The notes: generated by a model from the letters alone, not told the origin. Positions 7,894 through 16,995 are shown, counted from the first letter of the stretch. The stretch: 30,832 bases of DNA from Candidatus Hermodarchaeota archaeon (GCA_016839365.1 JAEOUH010000031.1:1-30832); one strand, 5' to 3'. Numbers and translations: made by a program.

Positions 7894-10470
7894 TTGGCTA
7901 CACCTAAACACATGAAAGCCATTTTCATCACGTTAATTCTCCTTACGGTGATTCCTATTGCAGCAATGAACCCTGGGATCTACTTCACTCCTTTCGACTA
8001 CGCAGACTCCACTTCAAACATGACAAACCTCTTAACAAATCCTGTTCGAGCATCTTTAATTGCTCCTGGACCAAATTTGGGAATCACGAATTGGACGCAC
8101 AACCATCTCACAAATCCGGCATTCGAAACATGGTCAACCCCCAACATTCCAACAGATTGGGGGGTTTGGCGAACAGTTGACCGGTATGCTTGGTTTGCGA
8201 CACAACCTCCGGATCATGTAAGTGAAGGCACCTATTCGGCTGGACAAACGACACGTTCCAGTTCTAGTGAACGTGGTTATTCTTACTGGTACCAATCAGG
8301 ATTCAATGCAGATATGCACAACCTGACTTTGGACTTCGATTGGTATGTGGCTACACTCCCCGACAGTAACTGGGATACTTTCTTCGTGTATCTTCGAACA
8401 AGCGATGCCAAGTATTTGTATTACTACCTTACCGGGGGCACAAGTATTCCAATTTTCAACGCAACATGGCAAGTCTATTACAGGCTTGGAGAACCACAAA
8501 ATAGTTGGAATAATTTCTACCGAAATGTTACTGCTGACTATTTGGCAGCACCCGATTTTCCGTCTAGTATTTCACCAGGACTAGTAGTTACGAACATCTA
8601 CTTCTATCTCCAATCTGGCACTTCGACGTATACATTCATTGAATCCTTTTTTGATGATGTTAAACTCATAAATGAAACCATCACCTACATTGGAGGTTCC
8701 ACTCGAGACGGAAATCTAGAAACAGGAACTGTAGATCCCTGGTACAATACTGGAAACAACAACGAAGCATACATAACACAGAGCTCCTCATCTCATTCTG
8801 GAGTATATAGCGCGAATCTTACAGCATTATCCAATGGTAACTCCAGCTTCGGTCAGCTTTATCAATGGCCAGAAGTTCGAATCACAAACGAGAATCAAGG
8901 CAGCTTCGGGTTTTGGTGGCAGCTTAACCAGGACAACACTGATACCGGTGATTGGGCTATGGTGAACTTCCAATTTTATGATTTCACCAACTGGTTCCGA
9001 ATATGGTACATAATTGGCTATAGTGGGTTAACTCCATTCAGCAACGGCACCTGGGATAAATATCTACTGATTGATAACTTCAATACAACAGGTTCTTGGC
9101 AGTACTTCCAATGCAATATTTGGCAGGAAATGTCAGCTTTATTCAGTTCTAGTGACCCAATTCTTGATACGATTTACTTCTCGGCAAGCACAAGAAATCC
9201 TCAGGCAAAAATTGAACTCCTGGTTGACGATGTACAAATCAAAGCACGAGCCATCAACGCCGCTGATTTTGAGGACCAGAGAAATCTAGGATCACCGATT
9301 TATGGCTGGGGTACCGCATATTCCAACTACGTCACTGTCACCGATCAAGCCTACAGCGGAGGAAAAGCAGCGAATTGCTCCTTCTCCACCTTTGACAGCG
9401 CTTATCTTTACCAGAATCTGCATGAACGGCCACTTAATAGTACACGTGAAACCTATTTGGATGCTATGTGGCGAATCGAAGACTTTGCCCTTGGTCGGAT
9501 TATGTTTCAAATTCAATTCACAGATAGCAAAATCCTATCTTACCAACTTGGAATATCTGATTGGGGTGCACTTTCAAATAGCAGCATGACTGCCTATTAC
9601 AATGTAACAGGTAGTGGAACCATCGGTTCATGGATCCAAATGCATCGAGACCTCGTCCATGATTATGAATCTGCATTTGGTAGCCTCCCCGATGTGGGAA
9701 TTTGGGTTATTGAGTTCTATGCATACTCGGAAAATGCTCCCCTAGAAATTCTTCTCGACGATATCTACCTCTACGATGACCCAGCACCACGACTCACCAA
9801 CCCCATGATGCCTGCCACACCCCCCCTCCATAACGATCCTGTCCCCCTAGATGTGAACGCAGAGGACCAAGACCTAGACACCGTCATGCTCATCTACCGC
9901 ATCAACTCCGGAGTCTACAACTTTCTACCCATGGCCCACCTAACAGGAACCACCTATCGTGCAACAATCCCCGGGCAGCCCTGGGATACCCTTGTAGAGT
10001 ACTTCTTCCAAGCCAACGATACCTGGGGCATGACAACAACTCTACAGAATGGACCAGACCCCTACCAATACACGGTTGACGAAAACATTAGTCCAGACCT
10101 TACTATCGACGCACCATCAGACGGAGTCACTGTTACTGGGACGGTCACTATTGAGGTGACTGCCACTGATGCCGAAAGCGGCATGGCCATGGTGGAGTTT
10201 GCTGTCGACGGCACCAACCTTCACACTGATATGAGCGCCCCCTACAGTTACAGCTGGGATTCGACCACCATTACCGACGGAACCCATTCTATTGACATCA
10301 CCGCTACCGACAACGCAGGGAACGAGGCTACCGACTCAGTATCCATCACTGTCAGTAACGTCGTACTCCCGCCACCACCCGTAATCCCCGGATTCCCCCT
10401 GGGATCCATCCTACTTGGCCTCACGGTTGCATTAATGATGATCGTTATCATTCGACGCCGAAAACCATAA
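7894..10470 (+). CDS. Large surface glycoprotein: signal peptide, three repeated carbohydrate-binding-like beta domains, Ig-like domains, C-terminal IPGFP-TM-basic sorting signal
   Basis: Signal peptide; many N-x-S/T sequons; repeated domain ends FDDVKL/VDDVQI/LDDIYL; Ig-like end (PYSYSWDST..DGTH..ATDNAGN); tail PPPPVIPGFP-TM-RRRKP. Confidence 0.85.
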   Translation: MATPKHMKAIFITLILLTVIPIAAMNPGIYFTPFDYADSTSNMTNLLTNPVRASLIAPGPNLGITNWTHNHLTNPAFETWSTPNIPTDWGVWRTVDRYAWFATQPPDHVSEGTYSAGQTTRSSSSERGYSYWYQSGFNADMHNLTLDFDWYVATLPDSNWDTFFVYLRTSDAKYLYYYLTGGTSIPIFNATWQVYYRLGEPQNSWNNFYRNVTADYLAAPDFPSSISPGLVVTNIYFYLQSGTSTYTFIESFFDDVKLINETITYIGGSTRDGNLETGTVDPWYNTGNNNEAYITQSSSSHSGVYSANLTALSNGNSSFGQLYQWPEVRITNENQGSFGFWWQLNQDNTDTGDWAMVNFQFYDFTNWFRIWYIIGYSGLTPFSNGTWDKYLLIDNFNTTGSWQYFQCNIWQEMSALFSSSDPILDTIYFSASTRNPQAKIELLVDDVQIKARAINAADFEDQRNLGSPIYGWGTAYSNYVTVTDQAYSGGKAANCSFSTFDSAYLYQNLHERPLNSTRETYLDAMWRIEDFALGRIMFQIQFTDSKILSYQLGISDWGALSNSSMTAYYNVTGSGTIGSWIQMHRDLVHDYESAFGSLPDVGIWVIEFYAYSENAPLEILLDDIYLYDDPAPRLTNPMMPATPPLHNDPVPLDVNAEDQDLDTVMLIYRINSGVYNFLPMAHLTGTTYRATIPGQPWDTLVEYFFQANDTWGMTTTLQNGPDPYQYTVDENISPDLTIDAPSDGVTVTGTVTIEVTATDAESGMAMVEFAVDGTNLHTDMSAPYSYSWDSTTITDGTHSIDITATDNAGNEATDSVSITVSNVVLPPPPVIPGFPLGSILLGLTVALMMIVIIRRRKP

Positions 10471-10486
10471 CCACTTAACCCGTCCT

Positions 10487-10520
10487 GCCCAGCACCCTGC
10501 TGGGCTTCCATACTTTTTTT
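10487..10520 (+). terminator. Hairpin plus T tract after the surface protein gene
   Basis: GCCCAGCA-ccc-TGCTGGGC (10487-10505), followed by T7 at 10514-10520. Confidence 0.6.
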
Positions 10521-10524
10521 CTGT

Positions 10525-10766
10525 GATGTGAAACGTTTTATCTTTCGATGGGTCGAAAACTGAGAGAACAACATACAAATCAAAAAAATCGTTAAAAAAT
10601 ACGTCACAACATTGTATGTATAAAAAAACATTAGATAAAAAAATTATGTTATACTATCAACATTACATCGAAACAATTCGACCCACCGAACACCAATCAA
10701 CCCCCACCAAAGACAAAAACCCTTCAGCCAAGATCACAGTACTCCTAAACAAACGATGTGAAACGT
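10525..10766. repeat. Direct and inverted repeats around an A-rich spacer
   Basis: GATGTGAAACGT at 10525-10536 and 10755-10766; TTCGATGGGTCGAA (10544-10557) is inverted at 10677-10690 with 13/14 match. Confidence 0.6.
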
Positions 10767-10859
10767 CTGTTTAACTTCATTAAGCCTAATACTAACCTAA
10801 TTGAACGACTTGAACTCCCTAGAACTGTGTTCTTGAACGAAATTTATTAAAAACATTCT

Positions 10860-11573
10860 TCAAGAAATTGCCTCCCTCTGCAAAGAACCAATAACACGCC
10901 CAATTTTTTTTATTTCGTCCATGTTGAAGCATTTACCCTTAACCATATTGCAAATAAAACATAGCAGCTGTAAATTCTCTAATGCGTATCCCTTATTGCT
11001 ATCTATTCTGTCAACAGTAAAACCACACAGTCTTTTTTTTCCTCGTTTCTTCTGAAATGTCTTTGATTCAGCAATTGTGCAGCCACAAGAAGGACATTTT
11101 CGATTCTCAATTGGTCCATGTTTTTTATCCCAAGCAAAGAAGTCTTCAAATGTGATGTGAAAAGGAATTTTCGTTTTTTGTGCCCGTCTTTTGATAACCC
11201 CAAATAGAATGCGTAAACGTCGTTTTCCAGAATAATAAGGTTTGGCACGCTTTATCGCGCAACCTTTGCAATAGGAACTCAACCCATCTTTTCTCATTCT
11301 GTTTAAATAAAATTCCGTTTTTGGTTTTGTTTCATCACAAGAAGGACAACTTTTGAAGCCTTTTCTTGAAGGTTCTCTTGTTCCCCATGCTTCCCGAATT
11401 TTCCTTGTTCGTTCACGTCGATGAAGGTTTAAGCATGCTTTACACCAGTTATATAGACCATCTTTTGATTTTTTGTCCTTGGTAAATTCACTTTTTTGTT
11501 TGAATTTTCTGCATTTAGCACATCTTTTTATTGGATCTCTGCTTGCAATCGGGTTTTGGTATTCATTATCCAT
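10860..11573 (-). CDS. Phage-type HNH endonuclease with two N-terminal zinc-ribbon repeats
   Basis: Two repeats of CxxC..EF..KDGL..CKxC, then CPSC and TVDRIDSNKGY..N..LC..CN..K; AT-rich codon usage. Confidence 0.85.
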   Translation of the reverse strand: MDNEYQNPIASRDPIKRCAKCRKFKQKSEFTKDKKSKDGLYNWCKACLNLHRRERTRKIREAWGTREPSRKGFKSCPSCDETKPKTEFYLNRMRKDGLSSYCKGCAIKRAKPYYSGKRRLRILFGVIKRRAQKTKIPFHITFEDFFAWDKKHGPIENRKCPSCGCTIAESKTFQKKRGKKRLCGFTVDRIDSNKGYALENLQLLCFICNMVKGKCFNMDEIKKIGRVIGSLQREAIS

Positions 11574-11754
11574 TCAATATCCTCTACACCTAATAGTAAT
11601 CAAAAATCCATTAAACCCATCAAAGTAAGGTTAATAGAAATTGTGTGCAAGTAACCCTTGAAAGGGGTATTGGGGCAGGATTTTTGGTGGATTTTGGGGG
11701 GAAAAGTGAAGTTTTAGAAGACCGATTCAGGCTAGTGGACCTTGGGTATGGTAT

Positions 11755-11967
11755 GTGTCGAACGAGTATTCTGATTTTTGGTGTTTGGTGGCATGGGTGT
11801 GTTTGGGGCTACTCTGTGGGGTGTTGGTGGGTGTTCCGCTCTGGATAGCCACAGGGGTTCAGCAGTATGTGCGGTGGCTCTTTTTTCTTGGTATTACCAT
11901 TGGTGGGGTTATTGGGTCGATGCTGACGACCGATAAAAGGCGGCGACGCAAGAAAAGGTCAAGTTGA
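11755..11967 (+). CDS. Small two-TM membrane protein with basic tail
   Basis: Two hydrophobic helices followed by KRRRRKKR; fills the gap between neighbouring genes. Confidence 0.6.
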   Translation: MSNEYSDFWCLVAWVCLGLLCGVLVGVPLWIATGVQQYVRWLFFLGITIGGVIGSMLTTDKRRRRKKRSS

Positions 11968-11979
11968 TAAGGGGTTAGT

Positions 11980-12501
11980 CTATCGGGGAATCCATTTGGG
12001 TACTCGTTTTTTATATTCGAGATATTCGTTACCGAATTTTGCTTCAAGGATATGTTCTTCACCTATGGCTAGGTAGTTATAGCCAATGATGACGGTGAGG
12101 AGTGGAATAAGGGTGAGAATGGAGAGGGTGATGATCCAAAAGCCTAGGTAGAGGAGAATTGAGCCCAGATACATGGGGTGTCGAACCCGGGCATAGAGCC
12201 CATAATCGACGACCGTGGGTTCTGTGACATCGAAAACGATGTGTGATCGGGACATAAGGTATATCCCAGCAATGATGACGAAGAGGCCCGGTATGATTGG
12301 GAGTAAGAAGGAGAGGAGGTAAATAAGATCATAGAAGCCAATGATTATTGCGATATACACCGGTATTGACCACAAGTAGCTTGTGAGCCGGAAGACAAAG
12401 GAATCAAGGATCCATACAATTATGAAGAAGAGGAAGAGACTGATTTGGATGATGTGGCTGCGACGGGCTTCGCCGGCCATTTGGGTATGTTCATGAGGCA
12501 T
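11980..12501 (-). CDS. Isoprenylcysteine carboxyl methyltransferase (ICMT/PEMT) family protein
   Basis: YARVRHPMYLG and EE..L..KFG.EY.EYK.RVP.WIP motifs; multi-TM; GGTGA RBS. Confidence 0.9.
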   Translation of the reverse strand: MPHEHTQMAGEARRSHIIQISLFLFFIIVWILDSFVFRLTSYLWSIPVYIAIIIGFYDLIYLLSFLLPIIPGLFVIIAGIYLMSRSHIVFDVTEPTVVDYGLYARVRHPMYLGSILLYLGFWIITLSILTLIPLLTVIIGYNYLAIGEEHILEAKFGNEYLEYKKRVPKWIPR

Positions 12502-12596
12502 GATTGTTCACCTAATTATTTTAGGTTCACCTAAATCATTTATTTAAAGTTTCACTTTACCCTTTATATCAATCGGCTTATTCTGTGAGGAGAGTG

Positions 12597-13070
12597 CTAG
12601 AAACTTGCTGAGGTACTGGTGGTAAAGATCAGGAGTAAGCCCAGGATAAAGCCAAGGATAAAGAAGCCTACAGAGAGGACACTTCCCCAGGCCATGAAAA
12701 ACAGGACGAGCCCCATGAACAGGTTCATCAAATATTCAGGGAGCAAGACATAGTTGGCAACGACGAAGAAGGGAATCGACCAGAATGCGATGCCAAAACA
12801 AATCCCAAGGACTACAGCAGTGACTGGGCGACGAATACGCACCTCAAACTTATTCCAGATGTTGTAAATTTGTCCAATGAGATAGATCCCCCCAATCAGA
12901 AAGAGTACTCCAACAATGGCAATTACAGCCGCCAAGGTGGAAAAAGCGTCCACGGGGAGTGTGGAAGTGAGGATTATATATGCTGCTACTGGAAACGACA
13001 CTATCATAATGACGATTCCGATGACCATCAGGATCGCTGCGATTAGGTAATCCCTTTTCACCATGGACAT
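12597..13070 (-). CDS. Hypothetical four-TM membrane protein
   Basis: Four hydrophobic segments. Start moved to ATG 13070 (or 13064), about 30 nt downstream of a TTTTATAA box at 13100-13107. Confidence 0.7.
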   Translation of the reverse strand: MSMVKRDYLIAAILMVIGIVIMIVSFPVAAYIILTSTLPVDAFSTLAAVIAIVGVLFLIGGIYLIGQIYNIWNKFEVRIRRPVTAVVLGICFGIAFWSIPFFVVANYVLLPEYLMNLFMGLVLFFMAWGSVLSVGFFILGFILGLLLIFTTSTSASF

Positions 13071-13123
13071 CACATCTTGGATATGCTTGTTCTGATGGAT
13101 TATAAAAAGATTCATCCTTCCGC

Positions 13124-13145
13124 AACCTTTGCATGTGCAAAGGTT
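13124..13145. promoter_or_regulatory. Perfect 10-2-10 palindrome (operator or hairpin)
   Basis: AACCTTTGCA-tg-TGCAAAGGTT, just upstream of a minus-strand TATA-like box. Confidence 0.5.
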
Positions 13146-13207
13146 AGTTGAATATCTTCATTTAGCCTAGAAAAAGGAGCAGCGGAGGAGTAACTTGCAC
13201 ACCCAAT

Positions 13208-13390
13208 TCATTTCTGTTTTTCTTCGGGGAGTTCAGATGCACTCTTACAAAAGAGACTGAAGATGAAACATACTCCAATCATTAGGGGCAACCAGAGCCA
13301 ATGGACAAAGACAAGACTCAAGATAATACCGAGTACTATTCCGACGATGATGGCGAGAATGATCCGTTGATACTGTGATACACGTTTCAT
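13208..13390 (-). CDS. Small two-TM membrane protein (60 aa)
   Basis: ATG 13390 preceded by GGAGG; MKRVSQYQR followed by two hydrophobic helices. Confidence 0.65.
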   Translation of the reverse strand: MKRVSQYQRIILAIIVGIVLGIILSLVFVHWLWLPLMIGVCFIFSLFCKSASELPEEKQK

Positions 13391-13511
13391 GAAGTAACCT
13401 CCAATGTTTGCTGGTATGTATTTTATAATTTTATACAGGTTTCTCATGGATGGCAAAGATGCGTAGGATAGAATATTATCTGACCTTGTTAGTATTTTCA
13501 ATTGATTTGTC

Positions 13512-14198
13512 ATGAGTAGGAAAAATTACACTCTCATTTTACGAGAGGAACTCATTGATCGGGGAGCTTCACTAATTGGAGTGGCGCATCTTGAAGGGTG
13601 TTTGCCCCCCTCATTCAATCAATTTTCACGAGGAGTGAGTATTGGAGTCCGATTATCTGATAGCATTCTAGATGAGTTGCGTACAGGTCCAACAAAGGCA
13701 TACGCTTATCATTATCACGCTATGAATCGATTCCTTGATGATTTAGCAATTTTTACTACCAATCTATTTCAGGAGTGGGACTTTAGGGCATTTCCGATTC
13801 CAACCTCTCAAACTGTAGATCTGAAACTGCACAAAGCGCATCTTTCACATAAGATGGTTGCAACACGAGCCGGACTAGGATGGATCGGGAAAAACGCTCT
13901 CCTCATTACTCCCGAATATGGACCTAGAATTCGATTAACCACCGTGTTAACCGATGCCCCACTCCGACCAGGAAAACCCATTACCGAGAGCCTTTGTGAG
14001 AAGTGTCAAGAATGTACGAAGGCCTGTCCTGTGGGTGCGATTCATGGTACACTATGGACAGTAAAAAGCGAGCGAGTTGATCTTCTTGATGTGGATCTTT
14101 GCGCAGCAATAATCGATCAGGGAAAAACCGAGTTAGGTGCTCCTGTGTGTGGTTTATGCGTCCGAGCATGTCCCAAAGGTGGAAGTCGCCCAGGTTAG
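13512..14198 (+). CDS. Epoxyqueuosine reductase (QueG)/reductive dehalogenase-like 4Fe-4S protein
   Basis: SHK..A.RAGLGWIGKN.LLITPEYGPRIRL..VLTD, CxxCxxCxxxCP and a second CxxCxxxCP. Confidence 0.88.
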   Translation: MSRKNYTLILREELIDRGASLIGVAHLEGCLPPSFNQFSRGVSIGVRLSDSILDELRTGPTKAYAYHYHAMNRFLDDLAIFTTNLFQEWDFRAFPIPTSQTVDLKLHKAHLSHKMVATRAGLGWIGKNALLITPEYGPRIRLTTVLTDAPLRPGKPITESLCEKCQECTKACPVGAIHGTLWTVKSERVDLLDVDLCAAIIDQGKTELGAPVCGLCVRACPKGGSRPG

Positions 14199-14407
14199 TT
14201 ACTGGTTAACAGGATAACTTCTAAGGCAAAGAGATACAGAAAGCAGATGATGAGCACCCAGCTGATTGTTGGAAAAATGAGAGCACTAATTATACAACCT
14301 GCTCCGAGAGCGACTAACACAACAATAAGGACCCGGATTAGGGTTTGCTGCTCCTTATACTGATATGTTTCGTCTTGCTCTACAGTTTTCATGAAGGTAT
14401 CCCTCAT
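14195..14407 (-). CDS. Small two-TM membrane protein
   Basis: Two hydrophobic helices; stop overlaps that of the convergent gene; start uncertain. Confidence 0.55.
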   Translation of the reverse strand: MRDTFMKTVEQDETYQYKEQQTLIRVLIVVLVALGAGCIISALIFPTISWVLIICFLYLFALEVILLTSN

Positions 14408-14487
14408 GGAATTCTGGAAAATGAGGGATTATAAAATTAACTGGGATTGAAACCCTATTCTTTGAGAGGTAGAGGGCGTCTGCTGGT

Positions 14488-14670
14488 TTACTTACGTTTT
14501 TCATCAGCACTATTGATCGAGGCACTGAGCTTGACTGTTCCATCTTTTTCGTCGAGTTCGACAGTGATTTGGGCTTCAACCCTTTTGGCCTGACCAGTCT
14601 GGATGGGCAGGAGCATGAGCTCGGCGATGCCGTCTAATAGTGCGTTGTCTTCTGATTCAGAACTCATCAC
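14488..14670 (-). CDS. Small hypothetical protein (about 60 aa)
   Basis: GGTGA RBS immediately upstream; helix plus beta-hairpin pattern. Confidence 0.6.
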   Translation of the reverse strand: MMSSESEDNALLDGIAELMLLPIQTGQAKRVEAQITVELDEKDGTVKLSASINSADEKRK

Positions 14671-15004
14671 ATCACCCGCTGGAGATAATGTGTCTATTCT
14701 GTGTCTTGTGTGATAATTTCCCTAAGAAGGCTGGTATTACCTCGTATTTATACCAGAAAGGCTTGAGGAATACTTGAGCGTTAGTTGGGACACTAAGTAC
14801 TTGGCTTAAGTAATAGAGAAAAGTGCTTCTGAGATTCAAAGTTTGTTTTTACGTCATTCAACCGGAAACACCCCGCTAAATGCTCCAAATGATGAGAAAG
14901 AAACGGAAAATCCTGCTCCATAACACAAGCTCTGGTATTACCAGCGGTTAAATCAGCTCAGCAAAACACTAGTCAAGTCACGTGATTCCTAGGTGGACAA
15001 AGTC

Positions 15005-15934
15005 ATGGAATATGAAGGTATGAGTGTGGAGTTCACTCCTATTCAAAAACTCGTGAATGAAGCGATTGATCGTTTCACCGAGCATGTTGCCATTGAACGC
15101 GGGGGAAGCTACCAAACTTCCCGTGTTTATCGTTATGATCTCGAGATGTTTTTCCAATTTATCGGTGTGCCACCTCAACAGGTGCAACCTCAACATGTGC
15201 GGATGTTTCTTGCCCATCTGAAAACCGATAAAGGATACGCTAATGCCTCTTTAAGGCGTAAGCTTGCCTGTCTGCGATCCTTTTTCCGGTTCCTGGTTCA
15301 GCAGGAGCTATCACCTGCTGATCCCACAACAGGGCTGCTGACACCTAAGCTAGGTCAAAGTCTTCCCCGGACTATTCCCTCGGAGGATGTTAATCGCCTG
15401 CTATGGGCTGCACGCAATGTTGAGAAGGAGCCGGTCCGTACCCATACCATCTTTCAAATCCTGTACAGCACTGGAGTTCGTGTTTCAGAACTCTGTGACA
15501 TTAATATTGAAGACATCGATTTCGCAGATGGAACTATCCGTGTCCGTGGAAAAGGTAACAAAGAACGGATCGTTTTCTTAGCGGTTCCTGCCATGAATGC
15601 AATTGTTGAATACCTTCAGTTCCGCCCTGCCACAGGGCCCCTCTTTTTAAATCGCCGAGGCCAGCGCCTCTCCCCATTAACTGTTCAACGAACGGTGCGT
15701 GCCGTTGCCCAACATGCAGGAGTCACTGCGAAAGTTACACCCCACGCATTACGTCATTCTTTTGCCACCCATATGCTTGAACGAGGAGCGGATGTACGGG
15801 TTCTCCAGGAACTCCTAGGACACTCGAATCTAGCGACCACCCAGATTTACACTCACGTCTCGTTAGCCCATGAACGAGCTGTATTCCAACGTACACATCC
15901 ATTAGCTGAATCCGATCCTGAGGGAGCCTACTAA
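15005..15934 (+). CDS. xerA: XerC/XerD-type site-specific tyrosine recombinase (archaeal XerA-like)
   Basis: Catalytic set GVRVSE (R), GKGNKER (K), HALRH, LLGH and TQIY; N-terminal core-binding domain; ATG 15005 follows AGGTGG. Confidence 0.9.
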   Translation: MEYEGMSVEFTPIQKLVNEAIDRFTEHVAIERGGSYQTSRVYRYDLEMFFQFIGVPPQQVQPQHVRMFLAHLKTDKGYANASLRRKLACLRSFFRFLVQQELSPADPTTGLLTPKLGQSLPRTIPSEDVNRLLWAARNVEKEPVRTHTIFQILYSTGVRVSELCDINIEDIDFADGTIRVRGKGNKERIVFLAVPAMNAIVEYLQFRPATGPLFLNRRGQRLSPLTVQRTVRAVAQHAGVTAKVTPHALRHSFATHMLERGADVRVLQELLGHSNLATTQIYTHVSLAHERAVFQRTHPLAESDPEGAY

Positions 15935-15945
15935 CCTTGTGCCAC

Positions 15946-15979
15946 GGAGAGCTAGGGGATCACCAGACTCTAGCTCTCC
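15946..15979 (+). terminator. Stem-loop after the recombinase gene
   Basis: GGAGAGCTAG(15946-15955)/CTAGCTCTCC(15970-15979), a perfect 10-bp stem starting 12 nt after the stop. Confidence 0.55.
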
Positions 15980-16413
15980 ATAATTTCTTGTACCAAGTTC
16001 CCTGTTAATGGTTTAGTGCCTGATGGTGGTATTGATGTAAAATATGTTTAGTAATTGCCAATATATTACACTAAACATTTTATATTTTCTTTGTGTAGAA
16101 AATGAGTGATACAAGAATTATATATGCTAAATTACGAATACTTCAAACTACAACTAAATTAAATAAAAGTATATAATATAATATATTTATATTAAAGCAT
16201 AATGAACATATTCGATATGAAGAAAATTGATGAGATTGTAGGGGTTGTTCAATATATTATCATGTTGTTATAGTATTAACTTAAAATAATAAAAACATCA
16301 ATATCTAATTGAACAATTAGGCTATTGCTAATCTAACTCAAGTTATTACAGCAAAATCTGAGCTTTTAAGAGGATGCGATACTTAGCATTGGACAGAAAG
16401 TCGTGTGACCTCG

Positions 16414-16995
16414 ATGTCAGAAATCGTCAGTTTAAATCAGCTCATTCGTACAATGAAGAAGAGCCAAAACCCAATGGAACGGGCACAGGCGGCTCGTGGC
16501 ATCGGACACCTAAAGGACCCAGAGGCCGTCGAGGCCCTCTTAGAGGCCCTAGCAGATTCTGATTATGAAGTGCGTCAAGCAGCAATTTGGGCGCTGGAGC
16601 AGATTCGGGATGAGCACCTAGTCGATGAGCTAATCAATGATCTTAACCATGAAGACCCAGAGGTCCGTCGAGGCGTAGCTTACGTGCTGGGGGAAATTGG
16701 TGACAGAGAAGCGATAGATCCACTCTGTAATGCCCTCATTGATGACAATCTCTACGTCCGGAAAACCGCCATTGAAGCCTTAGCCTCAATAGGTGATTGG
16801 AAGGCAGTAGACCCCATAATTGCGCGTTTAGAAGATGAAGACCTATATGTGCGACAAGCAGCGGCCACTGCTCTAGGAGAAATGGGGGAGATGCGAGCAG
16901 AAGAAGCCCTTCAGCGCGTGCTAAGAACGGAGCAGGAACTCATTGTTCGCCATGCAATCAGGGTTGCTTTAGCACGACTTGCTGGCGGTGACTAG
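16414..16995 (+). CDS. HEAT (PBS lyase-like) repeat protein
   Basis: About six repeats of D.D..VR..A..ALG.IGD..A..PL. Confidence 0.93.
   Translation: MSEIVSLNQLIRTMKKSQNPMERAQAARGIGHLKDPEAVEALLEALADSDYEVRQAAIWALEQIRDEHLVDELINDLNHEDPEVRRGVAYVLGEIGDREAIDPLCNALIDDNLYVRKTAIEALASIGDWKAVDPIIARLEDEDLYVRQAAATALGEMGEMRAEEALQRVLRTEQELIVRHAIRVALARLAGGD

Noticed and set aside
10525-10536. GATGTGAAACGT as parS or ORB
   Set aside because: Only a half-site resemblance to parS, and it lacks the canonical ORB core and G-string; kept only as an unexplained repeat.
10631-10654. Bacterial dif-like ATAA..TTATGTTA
   Set aside because: The spacer is 5 bp inside a poly-A run and the left arm does not match; expected by chance in AT-rich DNA.
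1-12501. CPBP (Rce1-like) protease, Rab-like GTPase and ICMT-family gene as a CAAX-processing pathway
   Set aside because: The GTPase has no C-terminal Cys, the genes are not co-transcribed, no prenyltransferase is present, and both enzyme families are widespread in prokaryotes.
14993-15934. Recombinase as the integrase of a provirus or integron
   Set aside because: The sequence is housekeeping Xer-like; no tRNA att site, viral genes, integron-integrase insertion or attC array is visible.
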